From: Candidatus Omnitrophota bacterium
Lineage (GTDB): Bacteria; Omnitrophota; Gorgyraeia; Duberdicusellales; 4484-171
Assembly: GCA_003154195.1 (NCBI GenBank)
Contig: PMCS01000009.1
Span: 19,014 to 83,013, forward strand
DNA length: 64,000 bases
Reading direction: 5' to 3'
In this document: positions 46,402 to 55,161 of the stretch, one piece after another
Position numbering within the stretch: the first letter of the stretch is position 1
Layout: every line of letters begins with the position of its first letter
Translations under genes and position numbers: made by a program
The notes under the pieces: model-generated
The model's input: only the letters and a program-made list of their open reading frames with translations
The model's database searches: none
What the model was told of the DNA's origin: nothing

Positions 46402-47403
46402 TTATTGTTCCACGTTTATTTCCCTTAAATACTTCGCGTTTTTTTCGGGAAGGCTGGTATTAATATACATCCCCGAACCGAATTCAAAACCCAGAGAGGA
46501 GTTGACTCGTGGGATCAGGCTGATATACCAGTGAAAATAAGCGGTATTTTTTTCTTTGGTAGGGATGGAACGTACCGTATAATTATAATCCGGGTTATTT
46601 AAACCACGGTAGACCTTCATCAGGGTAACCTTTAAGACCTTCGCCAGGTCTCTTATTTCTTCTTCGTCAATCTCGGAAAACGACGCCATGTGCCGTTTGG
46701 GAAAAATCCAGAGATGAAACGGCGAAAACGCGGCATAGGGCACGAAGGAAACAAATTTAGCGCTCTCCAGCACTATCCTCTCCTTAGCCCTCAACTCATC
46801 GGCTAAGCAATTACAGAATACGCATCGGCCGGTATCGTCAAAATAACCGGTTGCGTGCTCCAACCTTGTCCTTACCTGTGGCGGCACGATGGGCGTGGCG
46901 ATAATCTGGGAGTAAGCGTGCTCGATCGATGAGCCGGAAATCAAACCGTGGTTTTTAAAAATGGTAACCGCTTCGATATTTTTATCGCGGCCTAAAACTT
47001 CATACCGGTTTTTATAAGCGCGCAAAATATTAGAAACATCTTCTTCGGAAGCAAAGGCGATAAGAAAATTGTGCTTAGGGTGCTCAATAACGATCTCATG
47101 CGCCCCATAACCGGCCATAGAGTGGAACGTCCCGTTAACCACTCTCTCCCCTTTCCCCGCGGCTGAAAGGACGCCGAATTTATTTGGCACCACCTTTACC
47201 CGCCAACCCTTGCCTGAACCGAGGCAAAAAAGTTCCTGCTCAACCCGGCTTTCATTTCCCGGGCAAAACAAGCAATCGCTCTTATGCTCCGTGATCTGGC
47301 GGTCGGCTTTACGATTATCGACATAATCCCGGGGAGTTAACCCCTTATCGGATGCGATGATAACCCATTCCCGCGATATTAAATTCTGCCGTATTTCGGA
47401 CAT
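46402..47403 (-). CDS. Galactose-1-phosphate uridylyltransferase-like (GalT/HIT-superfamily nucleotidyltransferase)
   Basis: CLFCPGNE zinc motif in the N-terminal half, duplicated HIT-like halves, …HLWIFPKRH…. Confidence 0.6.
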   Translation of the reverse strand: MSEIRQNLISREWVIIASDKGLTPRDYVDNRKADRQITEHKSDCLFCPGNESRVEQELFCLGSGKGWRVKVVPNKFGVLSAAGKGERVVNGTFHSMAGYGAHEIVIEHPKHNFLIAFASEEDVSNILRAYKNRYEVLGRDKNIEAVTIFKNHGLISGSSIEHAYSQIIATPIVPPQVRTRLEHATGYFDDTGRCVFCNCLADELRAKERIVLESAKFVSFVPYAAFSPFHLWIFPKRHMASFSEIDEEEIRDLAKVLKVTLMKVYRGLNNPDYNYTVRSIPTKEKNTAYFHWYISLIPRVNSSLGFEFGSGMYINTSLPEKNAKYLREINVEQ

Positions 47404-47589
47404 AGGTATCTCCTACCAATCGATTATTTTATAGTTTTATTTCTCTTCCACCGGCCGGGATTATTCGAATATTATCTTTTCCGTATAACGATAATTATAC
47501 CTTCATCCCTGTTTTCGGCAAAGGAATATTTATCAAAAAACATTACGACAATATAAGCGAAATAACGGCAAGTAGAAGTCATTTACCTC

Positions 47590-47618
47590 TTGACACATTA
47601 TTATTTTTAGAATACTAT
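47590..47618 (+). promoter_or_regulatory. Sigma70-like promoter TTGACA-17 bp-TACTAT upstream of the XRE-cupin regulator
   Basis: Read directly from the sequence. Confidence 0.45.
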
Positions 47619-47658
47619 TAAAATAACTTTTTTCGGATCAATTTACGAACAAAAGCTT

Positions 47659-47717
47659 TACACATTTTCATCCGCGAAGCGGATGATATTTATTTTTTTA
47701 CGAAGTAAAAAAATAAT
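47659..47717 (+). promoter_or_regulatory. Conserved bipartite element, copy 3 (catccgcgaagcggatg + ttatttttttacgaagtaaaaaaataa) ending at the ATG
   Basis: See 10806 and 16000. Confidence 0.4.
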
Positions 47718-48290
47718 ATGGAAATACACGAAAAAATAAAACTCATCCGCCGGCAAAAAAAACTAAAGCTCGCCGATGTCCATCGTACGATTAAAAAGAT
47801 ATTCCGGGATAACGCCGTGACCTACCGCACGCTCCAGCGAATCGAAGCGGGCGAACCGGGCGGCAAAGAAACTTCTCTCTACCAGGTCTGCGTCGGGCTG
47901 GATATCACCTCCCGGGAATTAAAAGAAAGTACCGAAGAAAAATCATCTCTCGCCGAACATACTAAAAGGTATAACCGTTATGGCCGCCATTACTTTGACA
48001 AAAATACTTACGCCGAGATTCTCACCGGCCGGCACGAACCCTTCACCGCTCTATTTTATTCGGTAAAAAAGGGGCAAAAAACTAAAACCGAGGTAAGTTC
48101 CGGCGATATAAAAGAAAAATGCCGCGAATGGCTTTTTGTACTCAAGGGAGGGATAATCGCCGTAGTCGGCGAAAAAAAATGGCGACTGGCAAAAGGCGAC
48201 TGCCTCTCTTTTGAGGGTCATGCCCCGCACTACTTCGAAAACCGGTCCGGCAAAGACGCTTCGTTTATCCTCGTCCGCTGCCCTAAATAA
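47718..48290 (+). CDS. XRE-family HTH plus C-terminal cupin-domain transcriptional regulator
   Basis: N-terminal HTH_3-like region (IKLIRRQKKLKLADV…), C-terminal cupin (…GDCLSFEGHAPHYFEN…). Confidence 0.7.
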   Translation: MEIHEKIKLIRRQKKLKLADVHRTIKKIFRDNAVTYRTLQRIEAGEPGGKETSLYQVCVGLDITSRELKESTEEKSSLAEHTKRYNRYGRHYFDKNTYAEILTGRHEPFTALFYSVKKGQKTKTEVSSGDIKEKCREWLFVLKGGIIAVVGEKKWRLAKGDCLSFEGHAPHYFENRSGKDASFILVRCPK

Positions 48291-48383
48291 CAAAACCCCT
48301 TGACAATGCAAAATTAGGAAGTATAGTATCATTTCGTCAATATTATAGCGGACAAAAGCATCTATCAAGCCAAGGAGATTGCA

Positions 48384-48626
48384 ATGAGCAGGCGCTGCGT
48401 TATCTGTCATAAAAAAACGTTATACGGCAATTCCATTACCCGGCGCGGTATGGCCAAAGCAAAAGGCGGCGTGGGTAAAAAGATTACCGGTACCACCAAA
48501 AGAAAATTCTTCCCCAATCTGCAAAAACGCAGAATAATTATCGAGGGTAAGCTTACCCGCGCCTTCGTCTGCGTAAAATGCATCAAGGGCGGCAAAGCAA
48601 TATTCCCCACCAAAAAAACAGTGTAA
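48384..48626 (+). CDS. rpmB: 50S ribosomal protein L28
   Basis: MSRRCVICHKK…FFPNLQKRR…FVCVKCIK: L28 pattern with a C4 zinc ribbon. Confidence 0.7.
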   Translation: MSRRCVICHKKTLYGNSITRRGMAKAKGGVGKKITGTTKRKFFPNLQKRRIIIEGKLTRAFVCVKCIKGGKAIFPTKKTV

Positions 48627-48803
48627 CCTACAAATAGTACGTCAACCGCAATCCTGCTGGAGTTCGATCTGGCGGGATTTTTTGTTTCTAACCCTTCAAA
48701 AACAAAAATTTTCACCACAAAACACACAGTCTGCTTGCGGGCTTTGCGCCTTTGCGGGAAAATGCTTCTGGAAATAAAACGAGGTTTGCTTTATAATACA
48801 TCC

Positions 48804-49379
48804 ATGCGGATAAAAATAGCCGTCGCATTATCTTTCCTCATTCTTTTCTGCGGATGCGCTTACCTGAGCTACGTCAAAGACCCCTTCGCCGGCATCCCCG
48901 CCTTCGCCAGAGTAAACGATAATCTCTACCGCGGCGGATACCCAAAAGCCAGGGGATACGCGGAACTTAAAAAAATCGGCGTTAAGACAATCGTAAACTT
49001 AAGCGGTAAGAATAAATATTCGCAGTCTGAGCAAAAGGCTTGCGTGGAATACGGCTTTAATTTTGTCCATATCCCCTTAAGCGTCTACACCTGGCCGGAA
49101 GACGAAAAAGTGCTGAAATTTTTAGAAACAATCCTCAATCCCGCTAACCAGCCGGTATTCGTCCACTGCGGCAATGGGCGGGATTGCACCGGCGCGATGA
49201 TTTCCGTTTATCGGGTAATTCTGGAGCACAAAGGCCCCAAGGAAGCCTATAGAGAAGCTCTAAGCTACGGCTTCTGGCCCTATCGCGGGGAAGTAGTGTT
49301 GAAAAGGTATATTCACCAGTTGAAAGACCGGAAGGTTTTTTACGATTTCGTGGAAAAATATAAACCGCAGAATCAATAA
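48804..49379 (+). CDS. Dual-specificity / tyrosine protein phosphatase family protein with signal peptide; ORF is open from 48735
   Basis: CX5R P-loop HCGNGRDCTG. Confidence 0.65.
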   Translation: MRIKIAVALSFLILFCGCAYLSYVKDPFAGIPAFARVNDNLYRGGYPKARGYAELKKIGVKTIVNLSGKNKYSQSEQKACVEYGFNFVHIPLSVYTWPEDEKVLKFLETILNPANQPVFVHCGNGRDCTGAMISVYRVILEHKGPKEAYREALSYGFWPYRGEVVLKRYIHQLKDRKVFYDFVEKYKPQNQ

Positions 49380-49397
49380 AAAATTAGTTAAAAAACC

Positions 49398-49509
49398 AAA
49401 AACTGCAACCACATGATTACACAGATTTCACTGATTTCAGATTGATTTTGTATTTTTTTACATTATCGGAATTTGTATTTTTCAGTGTAATCGGTGGAAT
49501 CTTGTGGTT
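49398..49509 (+). repeat. MITE-like element, copy 2 (inverted relative to copy 1)
   Basis: Shares aaaaactgcaacca…ttttttacattatcggaattt.tatttttcagtg…tgtggtt with the reverse complement of 32901-33010. Confidence 0.5.
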
Positions 49510-49529
49510 AAAATTCATGGGGACATGCA

Positions 49530-49895
49530 ATGACTTTATTTCGTAAAAATTTTTTAGTTCTCTTCATGGTTACATTATTCTTTTCCGTTCCCAACGCCTA
49601 TGCCCTGTCCACCCCGCATCACCTTTACGTTATTTCCCGTAAATTGGTAGAAACCGTCGGCGGGACGTTTTACGGCATCTTTGTCCAGGGGCCGAAAAAC
49701 GTTAAAACCGCCTACCACGCCGAAGTGTGGGAACAGGAAAAACCGGAAAAACGGGGAAAATTAAAGTATAAAACGGTTGGGGTATTGCGCGCGCCGGGAG
49801 AAGAAGCCAAAGGCATCATCGACGGCATCACCGACAGCGTGAAATCCCTGGGCAGTGCCGGCAAAGAATTCATCTCGATCTTCTTCGGGGATTAA
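49530..49895 (+). CDS. Hypothetical secreted protein (121 aa)
   Basis: Signal peptide; ORF only. Confidence 0.45.
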   Translation: MTLFRKNFLVLFMVTLFFSVPNAYALSTPHHLYVISRKLVETVGGTFYGIFVQGPKNVKTAYHAEVWEQEKPEKRGKLKYKTVGVLRAPGEEAKGIIDGITDSVKSLGSAGKEFISIFFGD

Positions 49896-49945
49896 TCCCA
49901 AATAATGAGTTTTTCAAACCCATTATTTGGGATTAGTATTTTTTA
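49894..49945 (+). terminator. Rho-independent terminator (14-bp perfect stem aatcccaaataatg/cattatttgggatt plus T-run)
   Basis: Seen in the sequence directly after the stop codon. Confidence 0.6.
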
Positions 49946-50017
49946 ATATTTTTGTATTATTATAATTTGACAAAATATGATTTTTATGGTATATTTTAGT
50001 TGAAGGAGTTAATACTT

Positions 50018-50287
50018 ATGCTAAGAAAGCTCGGTCAAAACTATCAAATTGCTTTACCGCGTTCTTTTGTCGCCGCGCTGCACCTGCGTGCCAACGACTA
50101 TCTGGATATCGAAATAAAAGATAATAAGATAATTATCGAACCGCAGGTGATGATACCTAAGGCCCAGGCCTACTTCTACACCCCCGAATGGCAAAAGGAA
50201 GAAGCTTGCGCTGACGCCGACATAAAGAGCGGAAAAACCACCAAAACCAAAAATATAAAAGAGTTGTTTGATGAACTGGATAAATAA
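50018..50287 (+). CDS. AbrB/MazE/SpoVT-type antitoxin
   Basis: LRKLGQNYQIALPRSFVAAL…IEIKDNKIIIEP swapped-hairpin domain; RBS aaggag; ATGA overlap with the toxin gene. Confidence 0.65.
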   Translation: MLRKLGQNYQIALPRSFVAALHLRANDYLDIEIKDNKIIIEPQVMIPKAQAYFYTPEWQKEEACADADIKSGKTTKTKNIKELFDELDK

Positions 50288-50544
50288 TGCATATCGAAGC
50301 AACCCCTACTTTTATCCGGCTCTATAAAAAACTGCCGCCGGAAATCAAAGAACGCGCTAAAAAAATCCTGGAACTTCTGGAAACTAACCCTTCCTACCCC
50401 TCATTAGGCCATAAAAAAATGGCAGGGCAAACCGATATTTACGAAATCCGCGTATCCGACAACTACCGCATAACCTATCAAAGAATCGGCTCAACCGCGT
50501 ACTTGCGCAAAATCGGCACGCATAATCTTCTACAAAACCCCTGA
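50287..50544 (+). CDS. RelE/ParE-family toxin
   Basis: …YEIRVSDNYRITYQRIGSTAYLRKIGTH… RelE-like C-terminus. Confidence 0.7.
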   Translation: MHIEATPTFIRLYKKLPPEIKERAKKILELLETNPSYPSLGHKKMAGQTDIYEIRVSDNYRITYQRIGSTAYLRKIGTHNLLQNP

Positions 50545-50563
50545 GAAATAAGTATTTTTCTGG

Positions 50564-53410
50564 TTAAATACCGCAGGCGCTTTTAAAGGAGCAGTAGGAA
50601 CAGCGTTGTTCATCAGGAACAGCCACAAAATCCACTTCCGGATTGATAATCTCCTCGAAAATAAAATCCAGCGCCCGCAGGCACACCGTCATCACTTCTT
50701 CCCGCTGTTTCGCTTCCGCGGGACGGATAAAAGGAAGCAGGTCCAGGGTGCGGATATTGTAAAGCTGAGCGTTGACCTGTTTTCCGGGAAATTGGCGGGA
50801 AATAAAATAGTAATAAATCGGCAGTTGGAACGACTTCATACTCTCGCTGATATTTTGCCGGGTCAGCTCCATTTTGGAAAGCCCGGAAAGGCTCTTGGGT
50901 TGGACGTCGCTGGAACCGGTCTTATAATCGATGATAACAATCGAATCGTCGCGCAATTCATCGACCCGGTCGGCGGTATAGCCGAAAGTAACCTCGTGTT
51001 TGCTCAGTTTCATCACCCCTTCGATTCGCTCTTCCAGGGCAAGGATCTTCTTAACATCGCGCCGCTTCTCTTCTTCCAGGAATTTGCGCATCCGGTCCTG
51101 CAAGATCCCCCACAACAAAAACGAATCGGATTTCATCCTCCGCTTGATCGTCTCGTTAAAGCGCTTTTCCATCACGTTAAAAAAATAGCGGGAGAATTCT
51201 TCATCGATTATCGGTTGAACTCCTTTGAACTTACCGAGGGTTTCTTCCAGCAATTCGTGAATAAAAGTGCCGATACTATCAGCCCGCGGGTCATCAAGCA
51301 GCCCCCGCTTTTCTTTCAGCCCCAGGCAATAAGTATAATAAAATTTCAACGGGCAGGATAAATAAACATTCAGGCGGCTGGCGGAATAACGGTCGGCCAA
51401 TAACCGCGCAACCATCTCCGGGGTTTTCTTCGCGGTATTTTGCGGCAAACTCGGCGCCAGGTTAAACGCCGCGCGCTGCGGCTCCAGCACATCGAGCCGT
51501 CCCGTTTCCTTCTGTCTCTGCCAGATCAACTCTTCGACAAAACGGCTCTTTTCTTTCTCTTTGGTCTCCTCATAAATCAAATGGACGCGTTTAGCGCCGT
51601 TGATCAGGCGCATAAACTGGTAGCGCTGGATTTCCTCTTCTTTTTCCAGGCGGTTTATCCCCAACTGCAGCATCACTTCCCGCGGGATCAGCGGCTCGTA
51701 AATCTTAAGCCGGGGCATTACCGATTCATTTAAATCCAAAGCAATCACATTATCGAAATTAAGCGAACGGGTCTCAAACAACCCTAAAATCTGCAGCCCT
51801 TTAAGCGGTGAACCGGAAAACGATAAGAGTTCGCTCTTTATCTTCTGCAAAAAAATCAGCCACAGTTCTTCGGGATTAAACTTTTCATGCTTAAAACTTA
51901 ATTCCGCCAGCTCGTCCTTAACGTTAAAGAGTTTTTCCAACGCCTTAATATTAAACGGGTAATTGCCGATATAACTTTTCCGGCTCAGCGTGTCTAAAAG
52001 CGCTTCCAGCACTCGGCTAAATCCGGCAAAATCATTTGTCGCTTCCCAGCCGCGCAACACCGTATCGTGGACATATTTTAAAATCGCCCGGCAATCATCA
52101 AGGCTGACCTTGATCTCGCCGGCCTTTAAAATCTCCAGGGCCCCGCGGTAGATCACCGTTTCCTTCTCAATTGCTTCTAAATCAATGAATAAAGTTCCGC
52201 CGATATCCGATTCGATTTCACCGTCCAACGCCTCTTCCAATTTGTGGACGAGCACCCGCGTCGCCTCATGGCCAAACCCGGCGTCGATATTTTTGATCAA
52301 GGGATGGCGCATCACCTGCAGATAATCCCGCGCGTAGTATTTATCCCCCTTCTTACTCTCCACCGCCCGCACCAGATATTCGAACAAACTGCACACCACA
52401 CTGCGCTTTAACGGATAGCCCATCGATACATTAAACTCATCGACATTGGAAGAAATCTCCGACAACAACGGCACTACTGCTTCCGGTTGGGGCAGTAAGA
52501 TAAGGGTCTTCTCTTTATCGCTGATGGTGTTTATGATATCGCGGCAGATGCAGACCTGGGAGTGAAGGTCAAAGCCTTCATGCAAAGAAAGATTAACTTT
52601 GACGCTTTGACGCTTTGACGCGCTTAATGCGCCGGGAACAATTGAGGAGCCGAATAACTTGGCATTGTGGGCTAAAACTGGCCATTCGGCTTCGTCGCCC
52701 TGGAAAATACAGCTCCCCTTTCTCGAATCGAGCACGGCTTTAATAATCGCGCCCTCGGTGGCGTGGAGATAAAAAAAGTTACAGAACAATACCGCGTCGA
52801 AGTCATCTAAATTATTCCCGGCGGCCAGAGCGCCGGCCGCTGAATAACGCTTGCCGCGCGCCATCACGCCCTGCTTAGCCAATTCCTCATGATAAAGCTT
52901 GCGCAACACTCCCATCGACTCAAGAAGCTTATTAATACTCTCCGGAACATCAAACCCGATTTGCGCGCTGGCCTTGATCGAAAGTAACTTCTCATCGGGA
53001 ATTCCTTCCAAATCAAGCTGTTCGATGAACGAAACCACTTCCCGCGCCCAGGGCAAGAATTCATTAAAGCTTTTCTTCTCCTTTAACACCCCGGATGCGT
53101 TCTTCTTCGCCAATTTATACAAAATATAACCGGCATCTAAATCGGATATCCCGGCCAGCGGTTTCCCCTGCCCGACCAACCAATCGACAAAATCATCCAT
53201 GGAAAAAACCTTAGGCGGGACGAAACTGGTGCCGATTCGATTAGCGAGTGCTTTGCGCAAAAACAAGCCGGGACGTTTGCCGCCAAAGACACAGGCGACG
53301 CGGGAATAGTCGGTGGTCTTGCCGAAGCGGTCGAGAATGATATCCGCCAACCGCTCAATAAAATTCTCGCCGAAAGATAGGGTTATCGATTTAATATTAT
53401 TTGCGCCCAT
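50564..53410 (-). CDS. AddB-like PD-(D/E)xK nuclease-family protein with C-terminal Fe-S cysteine cluster; ORF is open to 53446
   Basis: C-terminal …IIDYKTG… nuclease motif and CSYCSFKSACG cysteines; 950-aa size typical of AddB/RexB-type subunits. Confidence 0.65.
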   Translation of the reverse strand: MGANNIKSITLSFGENFIERLADIILDRFGKTTDYSRVACVFGGKRPGLFLRKALANRIGTSFVPPKVFSMDDFVDWLVGQGKPLAGISDLDAGYILYKLAKKNASGVLKEKKSFNEFLPWAREVVSFIEQLDLEGIPDEKLLSIKASAQIGFDVPESINKLLESMGVLRKLYHEELAKQGVMARGKRYSAAGALAAGNNLDDFDAVLFCNFFYLHATEGAIIKAVLDSRKGSCIFQGDEAEWPVLAHNAKLFGSSIVPGALSASKRQSVKVNLSLHEGFDLHSQVCICRDIINTISDKEKTLILLPQPEAVVPLLSEISSNVDEFNVSMGYPLKRSVVCSLFEYLVRAVESKKGDKYYARDYLQVMRHPLIKNIDAGFGHEATRVLVHKLEEALDGEIESDIGGTLFIDLEAIEKETVIYRGALEILKAGEIKVSLDDCRAILKYVHDTVLRGWEATNDFAGFSRVLEALLDTLSRKSYIGNYPFNIKALEKLFNVKDELAELSFKHEKFNPEELWLIFLQKIKSELLSFSGSPLKGLQILGLFETRSLNFDNVIALDLNESVMPRLKIYEPLIPREVMLQLGINRLEKEEEIQRYQFMRLINGAKRVHLIYEETKEKEKSRFVEELIWQRQKETGRLDVLEPQRAAFNLAPSLPQNTAKKTPEMVARLLADRYSASRLNVYLSCPLKFYYTYCLGLKEKRGLLDDPRADSIGTFIHELLEETLGKFKGVQPIIDEEFSRYFFNVMEKRFNETIKRRMKSDSFLLWGILQDRMRKFLEEEKRRDVKKILALEERIEGVMKLSKHEVTFGYTADRVDELRDDSIVIIDYKTGSSDVQPKSLSGLSKMELTRQNISESMKSFQLPIYYYFISRQFPGKQVNAQLYNIRTLDLLPFIRPAEAKQREEVMTVCLRALDFIFEEIINPEVDFVAVPDEQRCSYCSFKSACGI

Positions 53411-53415
53411 ATAAT

Positions 53416-54000
53416 TCAATAAAATTGTCCTGTAGGGGCCGGGCATGCCCGGCCCGTTAATATCATGTCTGGTTCGCGATTCGGTGATTTAAGATTTATT
53501 ATGTTTTCATTATCATCAGCCCATTTTGCAGGGTTATTAATTATGTATTCACGTATATTTTTTAATGATTCTTCCGTACGTATATGATGGTCATAGAAAA
53601 AACGCTGCCATTTAAATGAATTATTATTCAATTTATTAATTTGCCGCGAAACGGCTGACTTGAACGACCCGATTATAACCGATAAATTGTTATTTTTTTT
53701 ATTTTGATTAACGGGACGGGCATGCCCGTCCCCTACAGGACTATTGATTATTATTATCCCATGTATATGGTTCGGCATAACGATATATTCATCTAACTCA
53801 ACGTTGGGACAATGGCACGCAATCTCTTGCCAGGCTTTCCTGACGATTACTCCATATTCGTTTAAAACCATGCAATCACCTTTAATCTGGCCGAATAATT
53901 CTTTGTGATTATACGTACAAATCGTCACATAATAATACCCTGCCTTGGAATAATCATATCCTTTTAATCTGATTGCTTTTCGTTTCGGAAATTCTTGCAT
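53416..54000 (-). CDS. REP-associated tyrosine transposase (RAYT), copy 2
   Basis: KRKAIRLKGYDYSKAGYYYVTICT…, HUH MPNHIHGII, catalytic Tyr IREYIINNPAKW. Confidence 0.8.
   Translation of the reverse strand: MQEFPKRKAIRLKGYDYSKAGYYYVTICTYNHKELFGQIKGDCMVLNEYGVIVRKAWQEIACHCPNVELDEYIVMPNHIHGIIIINSPVGDGHARPVNQNKKNNNLSVIIGSFKSAVSRQINKLNNNSFKWQRFFYDHHIRTEESLKNIREYIINNPAKWADDNENIINLKSPNREPDMILTGRACPAPTGQFY
53429..53460 (+). repeat. Perfect 20-bp GC palindrome GGGCCGGGCATGCCCGGCCC (with cctgtag… flank) inside the RAYT2 3' coding region
   Basis: Seen in the sequence; self-complementary. Confidence 0.65.
53708..53739 (+). repeat. Second perfect 20-bp GC palindrome GGGACGGGCATGCCCGTCCC (inverted partner of 53429-53460) inside the RAYT2 coding region
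   Basis: Seen in the sequence; encodes an SPVGDGHARPVNQ insertion between the HUH and Tyr motifs. Confidence 0.65.
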
Positions 54001-54151
54001 TTTATTGCGTAAATTTTAGCCACGAATCACGGTGCGAAGCGAAGCGTAGCCTCCCCTTAGAGACGAATTACGCAAATGGGATATTTTTCCCGCAAAGGCG
54101 CCCGCCTAGCCAAGCAAGGCAAGGCTGGCAAAGAACGCAAAGAAAAAAATC

Positions 54152-54166
54152 ATGGTAGCTGTCCCC
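54152..54166 (+). repeat. REP-like motif atggtagctgtcccc (= GGGGACAGCTACCAT on the RAYT2 coding strand) 150 bp upstream of RAYT2
   Basis: Same 15-mer as the RAYT1-associated repeats. Confidence 0.55.
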
Positions 54167-54210
54167 GAAATTTCCTCTGTGGTAAATATTTTTATCTTAT
54201 TCGCGAGATT

Positions 54211-54300
54211 TGTGTTATTCGTTGTTAAAATCTTTCCCCGCTTTTTCTTTCTTAATCTGTGAAAATCTGCGTAATCTGTGGACAAAATTTTTTGTTTTCT
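54211..54300 (+). repeat. ~90-bp conserved intergenic element with triple ATCTG core (aatctgtgaaaatctgcgtaatctgtggac) followed by an A/T tract; copy A
   Basis: Copies at 55081-55160, 58307-58394, partial at 45665-45730. Confidence 0.5.
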
Positions 54301-54387
54301 CCCGTATTTTATCTTTTCAATTATGCGCGGATAGAATTAATACAAGCCCAGAGATAAGACAAACGAACACTTACGGCAACGGTGGGG

Positions 54388-54804
54388 TTATTTTAACTTT
54401 TTATTTTTTGTTTCTAAAGAAAAAACGAGTTTGGGATAATCGATAGTAAGGATGAAGCTGCTCAAAAAGCTTTTTACGCCAAGCAGCGGCACATGAAGGT
54501 TGGGCATGAAATCTATCAAAATATTATTAATTTCGAAATCATCAATCTTGACACAAACCGTATGGGAATAGGCAAGAGTTTTGCCGTTACCGGTATTAAT
54601 TTCTTTAGCAAAACCGGACTGTAAATCATGCCCTAAAATCGGAGCATACAAAGCCGGTAAGGCGCACTCATCGGCTCCGGTATCGATCAGGCCGTAAGCT
54701 TTAACGCTTTTGCCGGTATGAGGATTTTTAATAATTATCGCCAGCCATGGACGCGGGGTATCTTGAGGAGAGAATTTGGAGAAAGGTAAATTTCTTAAAT
54801 TCAT
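54388..54804 (-). CDS. Retropepsin-like (clan AA) aspartic protease
   Basis: LIDTGADECALP active-site motif. Confidence 0.7.
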   Translation of the reverse strand: MNLRNLPFSKFSPQDTPRPWLAIIIKNPHTGKSVKAYGLIDTGADECALPALYAPILGHDLQSGFAKEINTGNGKTLAYSHTVCVKIDDFEINNILIDFMPNLHVPLLGVKSFLSSFILTIDYPKLVFSLETKNKKLK

Positions 54805-54992
54805 TAGTAAATTTGAACCACATCATTTAAAGGGACAAAAATCACAACCGGTTCTTTACAGCCTTTATGCAAAGCTTTTTCGTAAGCTTCCTGGGGCGTA
54901 TCGCCGTCGCCGACAACGGTATTTTTCCCAAAATCTTTTATCGCGACATACCTGCCCCTGTATTTTTTATCTTTTATCAATACCTGCGTCAT
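54804..54992 (-). CDS. Small DUF5678-like protein (62 aa); start/stop-overlapping partner of the aspartic protease gene
   Basis: …YRGRYVAIKDFGKNTVVGDGDTPQEAYEKALHKGCKEPVVIFVP… pattern. Confidence 0.45.
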   Translation of the reverse strand: MTQVLIKDKKYRGRYVAIKDFGKNTVVGDGDTPQEAYEKALHKGCKEPVVIFVPLNDVVQIY

Positions 54993-55080
54993 ATATTTTC
55001 TTCTTTTTTTAAGATGGTAATTATACCGTGATGCTAAAATTCTAAAGGCTATGGCATTTTTGTCAATGAATATTTACCCC

Positions 55081-55160
55081 ATAATTCTCCTTCATCCTTC
55101 TTGCTTTACTCTGTGAAAATCTGTGTAATCTGTGGACAAATTTTTTTCGTTTTATCTATC
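55081..55160 (+). repeat. ~90-bp ATCTG element, copy B (ctctgtgaaaatctgtgtaatctgtggac)
   Basis: See 54211. Confidence 0.5.
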
Positions 55161-55161
55161 T

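Noticed and set aside
54210-54446. 78-aa + strand ORF starting inside the 90-bp element
   Set aside because: It starts within a conserved non-coding repeat and has low-complexity F/L-rich sequence; other copies of the element have no equivalent ORF.
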